Under the pieces are notes generated by a model. That model ran no database searches. It saw only the letters and a program-made list of their open reading frames with translations, and was not told where the DNA came from. A stretch of 64,000 nt of DNA from Candidatus Altimarinota bacterium (GTDB taxonomy: Bacteria > Patescibacteriota > Gracilibacteria > 1-14-2-50-48-13), in contig JBKBWQ010000001.1 of assembly GCA_046314355.1 (NCBI GenBank), positions 1,555,056-1,619,055 of the forward strand, given 5' to 3'. Positions 52,562 through 61,614 of this stretch are shown here, piece by piece. Position 1 is the stretch's first letter, and each line of letters starts with the position of its first letter. The position numbers were made by a program, and so were the translations under genes.

Positions 52562-53641
52562 TTATGCGTCTGTTTCCTGACGACCCTTTTTATATTCAGC
52601 TTGGTTACGTTCTATGAACTGTTCTACTGTGGGTGGAAAGTAATCAATATAATCTTGTAGTTTTTTTGCAAATAGCATAAGTTTAATATTTGGAACAATA
52701 CCATCGCAGATATCTATTCCCCCTGCTGCCCTTAGCTGAGCATAGAGTGTAGTTTTTTTATTAGCTTCACCAACAATTGGCAATTGTTTGTATTCTGATG
52801 GCATTTGATCTAAAAATTTTTTGCATATATTGAAAAAATTTTCAAGACCACGATGACCGTTCAAGATCACTAGAATACTCCAGTTATAAGCAAGCGTTTC
52901 ATCATTAAATGTTATATCTAAATGTTCCCCGACTTTTTGCTTATATTCTTCCATCAATCTTTCCTCTTTCTCATAAAATTTTTTAAATTCATGATCATAA
53001 ATCTTTCCAAAAGGAGCCGCATATCCTCCAGCATAACCAACGAGCTCTCCCTCTTCAGTTTTTAGCAATGATATGTGCCCATTTTCGGTAAACTTGCTTT
53101 GAAAGTCATCTTTCACATAATCATGTTCCCAAAATTTTGCTAATTCTGTTGTTGTATGGTCTGTACATGCTAGTTCCTGCAATTTTTGAGCTTTTGTTTC
53201 AGGTAACTCTAATTTTTCAAGGGATTTAATGTTTACATCGGCACCTTTGTCAAATTTAAAGTATTTTTCGGCTGAAACCTTATAATTACATTCCGGATGA
53301 GAGCATTTATAGTATTCTCCCCATGGATATGTAGCAAAACTTTCGATATATTCTTGAACAATAACCTCTACTTCTTCATCGCTAATCTCAGAAAAAGGTT
53401 TTACTTCAACATGATATTTTACTTTCTTCCTCTCCGGAGATTTTTCAGTATCTTTTATATCATTTAAAGCTGCTATAACTTGTTCATGTACCTGTTTTTG
53501 CACAGCTTCAGAGAGTGTTGGTTGTTCAGAAAGTCCAGTCTCTGTAGATATTTCTTTCTCCTTTGCTAAAGGTAACTGTACTGGCATTTCGAGTGAATGC
53601 AGTACATTATTATCTTCTACTGGCTGCTCTGAAAGAGGCAT
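52562..53641 (-). CDS. GNAT-fold acyltransferase-like protein with Cys/His insert, copy 1
   Basis: F...PWGEY.KC....C..KVS, C..H, GELVGY..GY, V....HRG, LY..L.AAG. Confidence 0.6.
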   Translation of the reverse strand: MPLSEQPVEDNNVLHSLEMPVQLPLAKEKEISTETGLSEQPTLSEAVQKQVHEQVIAALNDIKDTEKSPERKKVKYHVEVKPFSEISDEEVEVIVQEYIESFATYPWGEYYKCSHPECNYKVSAEKYFKFDKGADVNIKSLEKLELPETKAQKLQELACTDHTTTELAKFWEHDYVKDDFQSKFTENGHISLLKTEEGELVGYAGGYAAPFGKIYDHEFKKFYEKEERLMEEYKQKVGEHLDITFNDETLAYNWSILVILNGHRGLENFFNICKKFLDQMPSEYKQLPIVGEANKKTTLYAQLRAAGGIDICDGIVPNIKLMLFAKKLQDYIDYFPPTVEQFIERNQAEYKKGRQETDA

Positions 53642-53764
53642 ATCTTGAGAATTAATTAATAATAGTGCTACTTTTATGTTTTGAATGAGATCCGGGATGC
53701 AATGGCTTGTATATTAATCTATATTCTAATTGGAATTTTATATAGGACAATAAGAAAATATTCA

Positions 53765-53802
53765 TTGCTTCCATATATGCTACCTGCTACTATGTTGCAT
53801 AT
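53765..53802 (+). promoter_or_regulatory. Promoter TTGCTT-17-TACTAT overlapped by palindrome ATATGC.AC-N10-GT.GCATAT (possible metal-repressor operator)
   Basis: Inverted repeat 53775-53802 directly upstream of the metal ABC operon. Confidence 0.45.
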
Positions 53803-53820
53803 TGATATGATACTTTTTTT

Positions 53821-54720
53821 ATGAAAAATTTTCGATCCCTTTTCTGTGCTGTTGTACTGCTACTAGCGGTCTCTTGTACAAGCCAAACTAGTATTTCTGA
53901 AAATAATTCTGGTGCAAAACTACAAGTGGTCACTACCTTCGCTCCACTTTATTCCATGACGGTAAACGTGGCAGGAGAATACGCGGATGTAAAAAATCTT
54001 GTTCCCATTGGTTCAAGTGAGCATACCTATCAAGCTCGACCGAGTGATATAGCTCTTCTTTCAAAAGCTGACCTTGTAATAAAGAATGGTGTGAATCTTG
54101 AAGGATTTCTTGATCCATTACTACAATCCTCAGAACATGAAGGGCGGACAATTATTGATACGAGCAGCGGAGTGACATTACTTACGGGATTGGATGAAGA
54201 GGAAACTTCAGGTGATCCTCATATCTGGCTGAGTATTTCAAATGCTGTTATTCAGGTAAAAAATATTGAAAGTGCTCTTAGTCTGAAGGATCCTGCACAT
54301 GCAGATAGATATAAATTCAATGCTGAGACTTACATAACACGCTTAAATACTCTTGAGGCTTCTTTAAAGAATCAAATGTCTTCAACTACAAAAAGACCCT
54401 ATATTCTTTTTCATGATGGATTCCAGTACTTTGAAAAAGAGTTTGATCTTAAGTCCTCCGGTGTCGTAGAAGAGTTTCCCGGTAAAGAACCGAGTGTGGA
54501 ATATATGAAGAATCTCTATGATACTATTGAGCAGGAAAAAGTAAAAGTTGCTTTTACAGAGCCTCAATTTTCTCCTAAAATAATTGATCAGCTCCAGAAG
54601 AGGTTTAATCTTGTGACCGCTGAGTTAGATACAGTTGGTACCACTCTGAGTAAAGAAAGTTATGAAAGATTAATGATGAATAATATAGAGTCTTTTCTAA
54701 ATGCATTCTCTAAAGCTTAA
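53821..54720 (+). CDS. znuA: Zn/Mn ABC transporter substrate-binding protein (ZnuA-like)
   Basis: Lipobox-like LAVSC; EHTY..RPSD, DPHIWLS, FHDGFQYF, EPQF. Confidence 0.85.
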   Translation: MKNFRSLFCAVVLLLAVSCTSQTSISENNSGAKLQVVTTFAPLYSMTVNVAGEYADVKNLVPIGSSEHTYQARPSDIALLSKADLVIKNGVNLEGFLDPLLQSSEHEGRTIIDTSSGVTLLTGLDEEETSGDPHIWLSISNAVIQVKNIESALSLKDPAHADRYKFNAETYITRLNTLEASLKNQMSSTTKRPYILFHDGFQYFEKEFDLKSSGVVEEFPGKEPSVEYMKNLYDTIEQEKVKVAFTEPQFSPKIIDQLQKRFNLVTAELDTVGTTLSKESYERLMMNNIESFLNAFSKA

Positions 54721-54724
54721 TAAT

Positions 54725-55423
54725 ATGTCTAAAGAAACGCTACTGTCAGTGGAAAACCTTTCTCTGCGTATGCAGCAGACAGATATATTAAAAGGTGTCT
54801 CCTTCTCCGTAAAAAGGGGCGAATATGTAGCTCTTATCGGTCCCAACGGCTCAGGAAAAACCTCACTTCTAAAAATTATTCTTGGACTATATGGTCCGAG
54901 TTCTGGTCATTTTAAGCTTCATACTTCTGAGATTGGCTATGTGCCTCAAAAATTAGATATAGATAAAACTATTCCTATTTCCGTAGAAGAATTTCTCAAA
55001 GTATACCATCCTGATTTCGGAAAAATAGAAGGGGATTATGATGTACTTTCTTCTCTTGATGCAAAGAAGCTTCTTAAAAAAAAGCTGGGAGTTTTGAGTG
55101 GGGGAGAATTACAGAAGATACTGATAGCAAATGCAGTGCTCCGAAAGCCTTCATTGCTTCTTCTTGATGAACCAACTGCGGGTATCGATGCGATAGGTGA
55201 AAAATACTTCTATGAATATATGCAGAAATATATCGAAGAATGTAATGCTAGTGTCGTGCTGGTATCTCATGATATGCATATGGTGTATCAATACGCATCT
55301 CAAGTACTTTGTCTCAAGGTCAGTCTCCAGTGCCAGGGGACACCTGATGAGGTTACTTCCTGTAATGCATTTCAGGATATGTTTGGAGCCTCTACTACAC
55401 ATTTTCACCATTATCATAAATGA
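54725..55423 (+). CDS. znuC: Metal ABC transporter ATP-binding protein
   Basis: GPNGSGKT, IGYVPQK, LSGGELQK, LDEPT.GID, His-rich tail. Confidence 0.85.
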   Translation: MSKETLLSVENLSLRMQQTDILKGVSFSVKRGEYVALIGPNGSGKTSLLKIILGLYGPSSGHFKLHTSEIGYVPQKLDIDKTIPISVEEFLKVYHPDFGKIEGDYDVLSSLDAKKLLKKKLGVLSGGELQKILIANAVLRKPSLLLLDEPTAGIDAIGEKYFYEYMQKYIEECNASVVLVSHDMHMVYQYASQVLCLKVSLQCQGTPDEVTSCNAFQDMFGASTTHFHHYHK

Positions 55424-56247
55424 ACATACTTTTAGAACCATTTCAGTATGATTTTTTTGTCCGCGCACTTTTCATGGGAGCTCTCATGGGTGTAGTCTGT
55501 GCACTTCTTGGTATATTTGTGATAATGCGTAGAGAAGCATTGATGAGTCATGCGCTTGCAAATACTGCATTTCTTGGTATCGCGATGGGACTACTTCTGG
55601 GGATCAATCTCCATTGGAGCATGTTTGCACTGACGCTTATTTCTGCAGTGGTGATCTCATATCTTCAGCAGCGGAGGAGTCTGCCTGAAGATTCACTTCT
55701 TGAATTTATCGCCCAGCTTACCTTTGCATTTGCCGTGATTTGTATCTCTTTGCTCCAAGGGTACCGTGTGGATCTTTTTCAATATCTCTTTGGAGATATA
55801 CTAGGGGTTTCCTCATCTGATGTGTGGATACAAGCTCCGATCCTTATTATTCTCCTTTTAATATTTCTTGCACTAAAACGGCAGTTTTTAAAACTTACTC
55901 TCAGCCGCGAACTTGCAGTGAGTCAGAAAGTACCAATATTTTTTCTCAATACTCTCTTTCTTATGCTTGTGGCGATTGTGGTTGCGATAGGTATGAAAGT
56001 AATCGGTGTCATTTTGATCTCAGCCTTTCTTGTTTTACCCGCGAATACTTCCAGAATTCTTTCTTCAAATTTTAAAAGTATGCAGATCGGTGCGGTAATA
56101 GTAGGATTACTTGGAAGTACCCTTGGATTATTTTTATCCTATTATTTCAATATCCCAAGCGGTGCAAGTATAGTTCTTACATTAAGTATATTGCTAATCA
56201 CCGCATTCTTTATTAAGATAGTCAGAGAATCAGCTGTAGGAAAATAA
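55420..56247 (+). CDS. znuB: Metal ABC transporter permease
   Basis: LG.FV..RR..LM.HAL, YLFGDIL, VIG.ILISA.LV.PA, PSGASIV; ATGA overlap with znuC. Confidence 0.9.
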   Translation: MNILLEPFQYDFFVRALFMGALMGVVCALLGIFVIMRREALMSHALANTAFLGIAMGLLLGINLHWSMFALTLISAVVISYLQQRRSLPEDSLLEFIAQLTFAFAVICISLLQGYRVDLFQYLFGDILGVSSSDVWIQAPILIILLLIFLALKRQFLKLTLSRELAVSQKVPIFFLNTLFLMLVAIVVAIGMKVIGVILISAFLVLPANTSRILSSNFKSMQIGAVIVGLLGSTLGLFLSYYFNIPSGASIVLTLSILLITAFFIKIVRESAVGK

Positions 56248-56266
56248 TTATTACCCTCAAAACCCT

Positions 56267-57166
56267 ATGCCTAGAATTATTATCGATGCAGGACATGTGG
56301 ACAATGTGGATCCTGGAGCAGTTGCAAATAACACCACTGAGCACGCAGAGGTGAAAAGAATTGCATTGTATATTATGGAGAAAGTAAAAACTTTACCTGA
56401 GTTTTCAGGATATCAGTTTATACTTGTCCCCACTGACAAGACTCTGACCCAGAAGATTGCATATATCAATAGTGTCGCAACCGCCAGTGACTATACGATC
56501 AGTATTCATCTCAACTCTGCCTCCCCACAGGCGACAGGTACAGAGGTATACTTCCGTACTGAGAATATGACTCACAAGAACAAAGCGCTTCTTTTGCAGG
56601 CTGGTGCAGTGTCTGTATTGAGATTGCAGGATAGAGGAGTCAAAGGTGATACAACTACCGGTCATGGACGGCTTGGTATCATACGAGATACAGTCACCAC
56701 CTCACTTCTCATTGAGCTTGGATTTATTACAAACATCTCTGATCTCAACACTATTCATCGCTCAGGGGGAGATGCGGTTATTGAAGGAATCCGACGTATT
56801 TTTCGACTTAGCCCTTTACCCCCAACGCCAGTGGATCTTACTATACTCAGAAATCTTGAAGCTACTTTTGATACGCTGCTTCGACAGGGACTTGCTCTCA
56901 CCACGCAAGAGCAGACTGTTTTAGCTGCTAGAAAGGAATGGAGGCTTCGCATGGATCAGGTTAGAGGACAAATTCTTGCTCAAATTGCTACTCACCAAGC
57001 TGTACTCAAACCTGAATTTGTTCAGTATGAAACCGTGATTATCAAAGAGTATGCAGTATCAAATCATGATCTTATTGGTAAACTAGATGCTGGTCTGCAG
57101 CAAAGAGCGATCTGGGATGCAAATATGGCACAGATAAGAAGAGATGAAAAACCTTACCAGCCTTAG
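56267..57166 (+). CDS. N-acetylmuramoyl-L-alanine amidase (Amidase_3) with helical C-terminal extension
   Basis: IDAGH...DPGA, TE, SIHLNS, GTEVY, RGVK, LIELGFITN. Confidence 0.9.
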   Translation: MPRIIIDAGHVDNVDPGAVANNTTEHAEVKRIALYIMEKVKTLPEFSGYQFILVPTDKTLTQKIAYINSVATASDYTISIHLNSASPQATGTEVYFRTENMTHKNKALLLQAGAVSVLRLQDRGVKGDTTTGHGRLGIIRDTVTTSLLIELGFITNISDLNTIHRSGGDAVIEGIRRIFRLSPLPPTPVDLTILRNLEATFDTLLRQGLALTTQEQTVLAARKEWRLRMDQVRGQILAQIATHQAVLKPEFVQYETVIIKEYAVSNHDLIGKLDAGLQQRAIWDANMAQIRRDEKPYQP

Positions 57167-57167
57167 G

Positions 57168-57965
57168 TTATTTATAGAGAAAAACCCCCTGTGGAACCTC
57201 AGCATATTTAGATGATTTATCTTTTGGAAAGTACATGCCTCTTTCCAAAAGATTATGAGTACTATTTTTGAAGATAAATTTTTCTTTCAAGAGATAAAGT
57301 ATCTTAGCATCATCAAAAGGGTTACAAGAAAAGACATCTAAAAAAATCATCCGGCTTTCAATATGATAATGGATGGAAAGATGAGCTTCTGAACTTACTC
57401 GTAACGCACTCAGCCACTCTTTCGACTCAATTTGAAAAACCTGTGTGAGAGAATTTATACTTATTTCAGAAGGAAGATCTGTTAAAAATTCTCTAATATG
57501 TTTTCTCATAAATGTTGAGGATCTTTCCTCCACTTGTAGTTCTGTCATGAGATGAGGTATATGGGTGCTCGTCTTAGATGCTGGATATGTCCCCGGCATC
57601 AAGGTTTGGTGTTTTCTGACTATCGTATTTTGGATGCTATAGTCACTTTCATAAGATCCATCCAAGTATATAAGCGCATTTCTATGTTTTCTTTCTTCAA
57701 AACCAAAGAAGTCTAAAAAGTAGCACTTCTTTTTATTATTAGTATAGGTATGTACTGTTGTATGCTGTCCTGGTCCAAGTAGGAACCCTACAACGCCTTC
57801 CATAGCGTTTCCAAGATCATCTGGAAAGTAGAGGATGCGTGTAAATCCTGACTTTTTAACAGAACGGAAGTAAATACTCAAGAGTTCTTCATTCCGGAGA
57901 GAAGAAGTTTCTGCTAAATAGCCGTCAATGCAGAGGTGAATTTTGTTGGGAAAACTATCCTTCAT
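57168..57965 (-). CDS. Tandem-domain SpeD-like protein, copy 2, predicted unprocessable (EAH instead of ESH)
   Basis: Collinear paralog of 49660..50406; domain 2 reads VSSEAHLSIH...DVFSCNPFD. Confidence 0.8.
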   Translation of the reverse strand: MKDSFPNKIHLCIDGYLAETSSLRNEELLSIYFRSVKKSGFTRILYFPDDLGNAMEGVVGFLLGPGQHTTVHTYTNNKKKCYFLDFFGFEERKHRNALIYLDGSYESDYSIQNTIVRKHQTLMPGTYPASKTSTHIPHLMTELQVEERSSTFMRKHIREFLTDLPSEISINSLTQVFQIESKEWLSALRVSSEAHLSIHYHIESRMIFLDVFSCNPFDDAKILYLLKEKFIFKNSTHNLLERGMYFPKDKSSKYAEVPQGVFLYK

Positions 57966-58038
57966 AAGATGATTCTAAGATAATAGATAAAACTATTATA
58001 CAAAAAAAGAGTGAATCAAATGTGAATATTTCCTGTGC

Positions 58039-60123
58039 TTATTTAAATGATGGTGTGGGAAATAGAGTAATAGAAGGCTCCTCATAGGGAAGTATAATCC
58101 TAAAGTGTGTTTCTACACCTGCTGTTCCTATTTCTTCAATGCTTCCATTATGCATTTCGATATATTCTTTTACGGTTGCTAGTCCAATTCCACTTCCTCG
58201 TTCTGTGTCTGTAGTAAATCCTTGTTCGAAAATTTTTTCCTTATGTGTAGGTAGAATTCCATTCCCTGTATTGATAAAATCAATAATAAATACATTCATC
58301 TTCTTCTCTACGCATAGGACTACTTTTCCTTTATTTGGTGTAAACTTATATGCGTTATTGAGTAAATTCTCACAAATACTATGTAATTTTGAACGATCTG
58401 CATATAAAAATTCATTTTCCAAATGTATGCTCTCCAAAGTAAAATCAATTTCTTTTTCCTTCATAAGATCCTGATGTGACAGGAATTCTGACTGAAAAAA
58501 GTCTTCTGCAGAAATAATCTTTTTATGAAGTGTGTCATCTTTGAGTGAGAGTTTATCTTCCATTTCCCAGAGATTTTTCTCTATTTTTAGCACTTTATTA
58601 TCCGACTCTTTTACTTTTATATCCCGGATTACTGCCATAGCAGATTGAAGAGAATTTTTCATATCATGCATACGTTTCTTTACGAGCTCATTTGTTTTGA
58701 ATACTTCCTCAGAACGCTTAAGTTGAGCACTTTTCTCTGTTCCCTCATGTCTAAGAGAGTCATTGACAAGAAATATAGCAATATAATCAGACAAACTCGA
58801 TAGTGCCTCTAACTCCTCCAGGAAATACATATCTTGAGAGAACTTTTTCCCAAGAGTCAGGAACCCTATAAGTTCTGTTCTAAAGAAGAGAGGGATACAG
58901 ACTGATGCATGTAAGATACTCAAATGAACAAGTGCTTTATAATACTCCTCCGATAATGGTCTTTCAGAGAATTCCAGCTCCTCGGTAACTAACGGCTTGC
59001 GGTCCCGCTTAAGAATATCTGTCAGTTCATTTTCTGGATAGATAGGAAAGAAACGGTGTTCAGTTTTTTCATTTGTAATAAAGATTTCAGCTCCGCTAAT
59101 ACCAAGTTTCTGCGTAAAAGCAATACGCATATTCTGGCTGAATTCATTAAACTCAGACGTGAATTTAAGATCTTCAATAAGGTCATCAATACTTTTCTGA
59201 AATGATCCTTGATACTTCGTTTTAAGCACTGTAAAGCGTATCATATAAAAGCTTGCGATTGCGATTATCGCATTAAGAGAAAGGCGCAGCGATATATTCT
59301 TGAGCAGGTAGAGAATAGTATTATCAAAGATATATGCAGTAAAGAGTGCTACACCGAGAGAGAGAACTATACGAAGTACATTGGAAAAGATGATCTTCGT
59401 TCCAAGGAACCTGTAATGCACTATGATATAAACTGTAATAAGTGCAAACGGCGCAGTGGCAATGCCTCCAAGCAAGTAGTAATCAGGCTTACCAAAATTT
59501 GGGAGGATAACATTACATAATATAGTCAGTCCGTAACAGCAGAGGTATGTTACAAAAAGCATAATCAACTTCTTTCTAGGAAGTCCTTCAGCAAAAAAGA
59601 TCTTGATGGTAGGTATGATCAGGCATAAGACAAAATAGAAATAGTGATGCTGAGAAGACCAATCAATCAAGGGACCGAAATAATCAACAATTGACCCATC
59701 AGGATTTACTCCTGTTGATTGATAAATGAGAGGAGTAAAGACAGATATAAATGCGAGTAAAAATGTTTCAACACCAAGAAGAGTCTGAAAAAACTTAATA
59801 TACTTTTTTGAGGATTTTATGACGGGATGATCTATGGATTCGAGAGAAAATACAAATTTGCTCAAGAAGAGAAGAACAAAGTAGGGAAACAGTGCAGCAG
59901 CTCCATAAGCTATCCGTGCAGATATACTGATTCCGGAAACGGTGTATCCCTCATAAGTGGGTATGGCGAGATACAGAGTAAGCAGCCATACAAAAGTGGA
60001 GATAAGGTAATAGAAGAATATTCTATTTACCTTCGAACGGAAATTGTAGAATAGTATAGAAATTGCTGTTCCAAAAACTATGACAATAGTCAGGAAGTAG
60101 AGACTTGTCTGGAAATATTCCAC
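58039..60123 (-). CDS. Multi-TM + GAF sensor histidine kinase, copy 2, H-box intact
   Basis: GTG start; about 9 TMs; GAF; RMHDMKNSL H-box; NLLNNAYKFT, NTG.GI, IFE.GFTT, GSGIGL. Confidence 0.88.
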   Translation of the reverse strand: MEYFQTSLYFLTIVIVFGTAISILFYNFRSKVNRIFFYYLISTFVWLLTLYLAIPTYEGYTVSGISISARIAYGAAALFPYFVLLFLSKFVFSLESIDHPVIKSSKKYIKFFQTLLGVETFLLAFISVFTPLIYQSTGVNPDGSIVDYFGPLIDWSSQHHYFYFVLCLIIPTIKIFFAEGLPRKKLIMLFVTYLCCYGLTILCNVILPNFGKPDYYLLGGIATAPFALITVYIIVHYRFLGTKIIFSNVLRIVLSLGVALFTAYIFDNTILYLLKNISLRLSLNAIIAIASFYMIRFTVLKTKYQGSFQKSIDDLIEDLKFTSEFNEFSQNMRIAFTQKLGISGAEIFITNEKTEHRFFPIYPENELTDILKRDRKPLVTEELEFSERPLSEEYYKALVHLSILHASVCIPLFFRTELIGFLTLGKKFSQDMYFLEELEALSSLSDYIAIFLVNDSLRHEGTEKSAQLKRSEEVFKTNELVKKRMHDMKNSLQSAMAVIRDIKVKESDNKVLKIEKNLWEMEDKLSLKDDTLHKKIISAEDFFQSEFLSHQDLMKEKEIDFTLESIHLENEFLYADRSKLHSICENLLNNAYKFTPNKGKVVLCVEKKMNVFIIDFINTGNGILPTHKEKIFEQGFTTDTERGSGIGLATVKEYIEMHNGSIEEIGTAGVETHFRIILPYEEPSITLFPTPSFK

Positions 60124-60166
60124 AGGAGAGATGATTAGAATTTTATCTTATTCTAGTAGAAAAAAC

Positions 60167-61390
60167 TTACCGCGCAACTGCAATTGGCTGTTTATAGCCG
60201 ATAGTATCCAAGACGGCTACTTCTTCTGGTGATTCTCCTCCTACTGCTCTCCAGCTTTGCTTTTGCATTTTCTTATAGGTTTTATATAAAGGACCGTTCT
60301 CCTGCATATAATTCTCAGGTGTTTTACAAAAAAAGTTCTGTAAATCTTTGACTTGTTTTCCTAGAAGGATCATCACATAACCCTCATATAAACTCTCACA
60401 AATATCACTTGCGCCAGCTGCTTTTAATGTGTTGTAGAAATCAATTCCTCTATTACATTCACCTGGCATTGGGAGATGTGCAAATTTTTCAGGTACTGAG
60501 GATAATATTTTTCTACAGATATGGACAAAATTATCAAAACTTTTTCTATGTGCCTTACTAATACCAAGCATATTCCATACATACACAGAAGAATCTAGGT
60601 TAAATTCCTTACCAAGTACCGTCGAACTTCTTGTAATATACTTAAACATGAGATCTGGATCTTCACTATGAAGCTTAAATTCATGTGCTAGTGCTTCTCT
60701 GAATGAGCTTTTATATCCCCATGTATAACCTACTAGTTCCGCCCCATTTGTTCTCAATAGTGTGATTTGTCCTTCATGTTTAAATTTTCCCTCCAGACTT
60801 TTCCGTAGATCTTCTTTACTAATATAATCAACGAGTTCGTGAGTATCCTTGTGTGCAGGACATTCTGGACAATCATCAGCCTTATTCCCATGAGCTTCCA
60901 ATTCTTTTAAAGGTACATCCACTCCTTTCGTGCCATAGTACTCCTCGACTGAAACCTTGAAAAGACATGAAGGATCACCGCATTTCTTGTATTCACCCCA
61001 AGGTTGAGAACCGAAGTCCTCTCTATAATTCTCTATAAGCTCATTCATATCCTTTACTGTAATTTGATCTAGGCTTTTTGTCTCAAGAAAGTATTTATCA
61101 GAAATGCGTTCTATATCTATCTGCGGTGCAGCTATTACTTCATGTACTTTTGATAGAACATCACTCTTAAATCCTTCAGCATGACGTGACCTATGCGAAG
61201 TTATTTCGGTAGCTCTGAGAGAAAAATTACTTATAAGCTCATTACGCAGAAGTTCAATATCGAATTGTGGAGAAATTGTTTTTGTTGCTGATAGGCTCAC
61301 GGCAAGCGGTATATTTTTTTGTGGCGATTTGGTAGAGGTATTCATTGATAATAGATTATCAATACTCTTTGCCGCTTGAGCTGGTGTCAT
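60167..61390 (-). CDS. GNAT-fold acyltransferase-like protein with Cys/His insert, copy 2
   Basis: F...PWGEYKKC....C..KVS, CPECPAH, ELVGYTWGY, I...HRK, FY..LKAAG. Confidence 0.6.
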   Translation of the reverse strand: MTPAQAAKSIDNLLSMNTSTKSPQKNIPLAVSLSATKTISPQFDIELLRNELISNFSLRATEITSHRSRHAEGFKSDVLSKVHEVIAAPQIDIERISDKYFLETKSLDQITVKDMNELIENYREDFGSQPWGEYKKCGDPSCLFKVSVEEYYGTKGVDVPLKELEAHGNKADDCPECPAHKDTHELVDYISKEDLRKSLEGKFKHEGQITLLRTNGAELVGYTWGYKSSFREALAHEFKLHSEDPDLMFKYITRSSTVLGKEFNLDSSVYVWNMLGISKAHRKSFDNFVHICRKILSSVPEKFAHLPMPGECNRGIDFYNTLKAAGASDICESLYEGYVMILLGKQVKDLQNFFCKTPENYMQENGPLYKTYKKMQKQSWRAVGGESPEEVAVLDTIGYKQPIAVAR

Positions 61391-61481
61391 AGAAAGGGGA
61401 TGATTAAAGTATATATTTACTTTAAAAGATCCTATGTAAATGAATCGTGAAAAAAAACAGTGGAGTAGGAACTATAAGATT

Positions 61482-61509
61482 TTGACAAATAAAAATAATA
61501 AGAGATAAT
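61482..61509 (+). promoter_or_regulatory. Promoter TTGACA-16-GATAAT
   Basis: Upstream of the response regulator, divergent from module 2. Confidence 0.55.
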
Positions 61510-61614
61510 GGAATTATCGGTATGCTAAAAATTAGCGACAATCTTCAAAAAAATAGAAAAAATAAAGACAAATACTGCTCTTTAAAATTTCTATTTCATA
61601 TCACCCTCTCTGAT

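Noticed and set aside
49660-57965. Ordinary spermidine biosynthesis speD
   Set aside because: No speE in the window, tandem-domain architecture, one copy lacks the Ser, and both sit behind sensor kinases. A speE elsewhere in the genome cannot be excluded.
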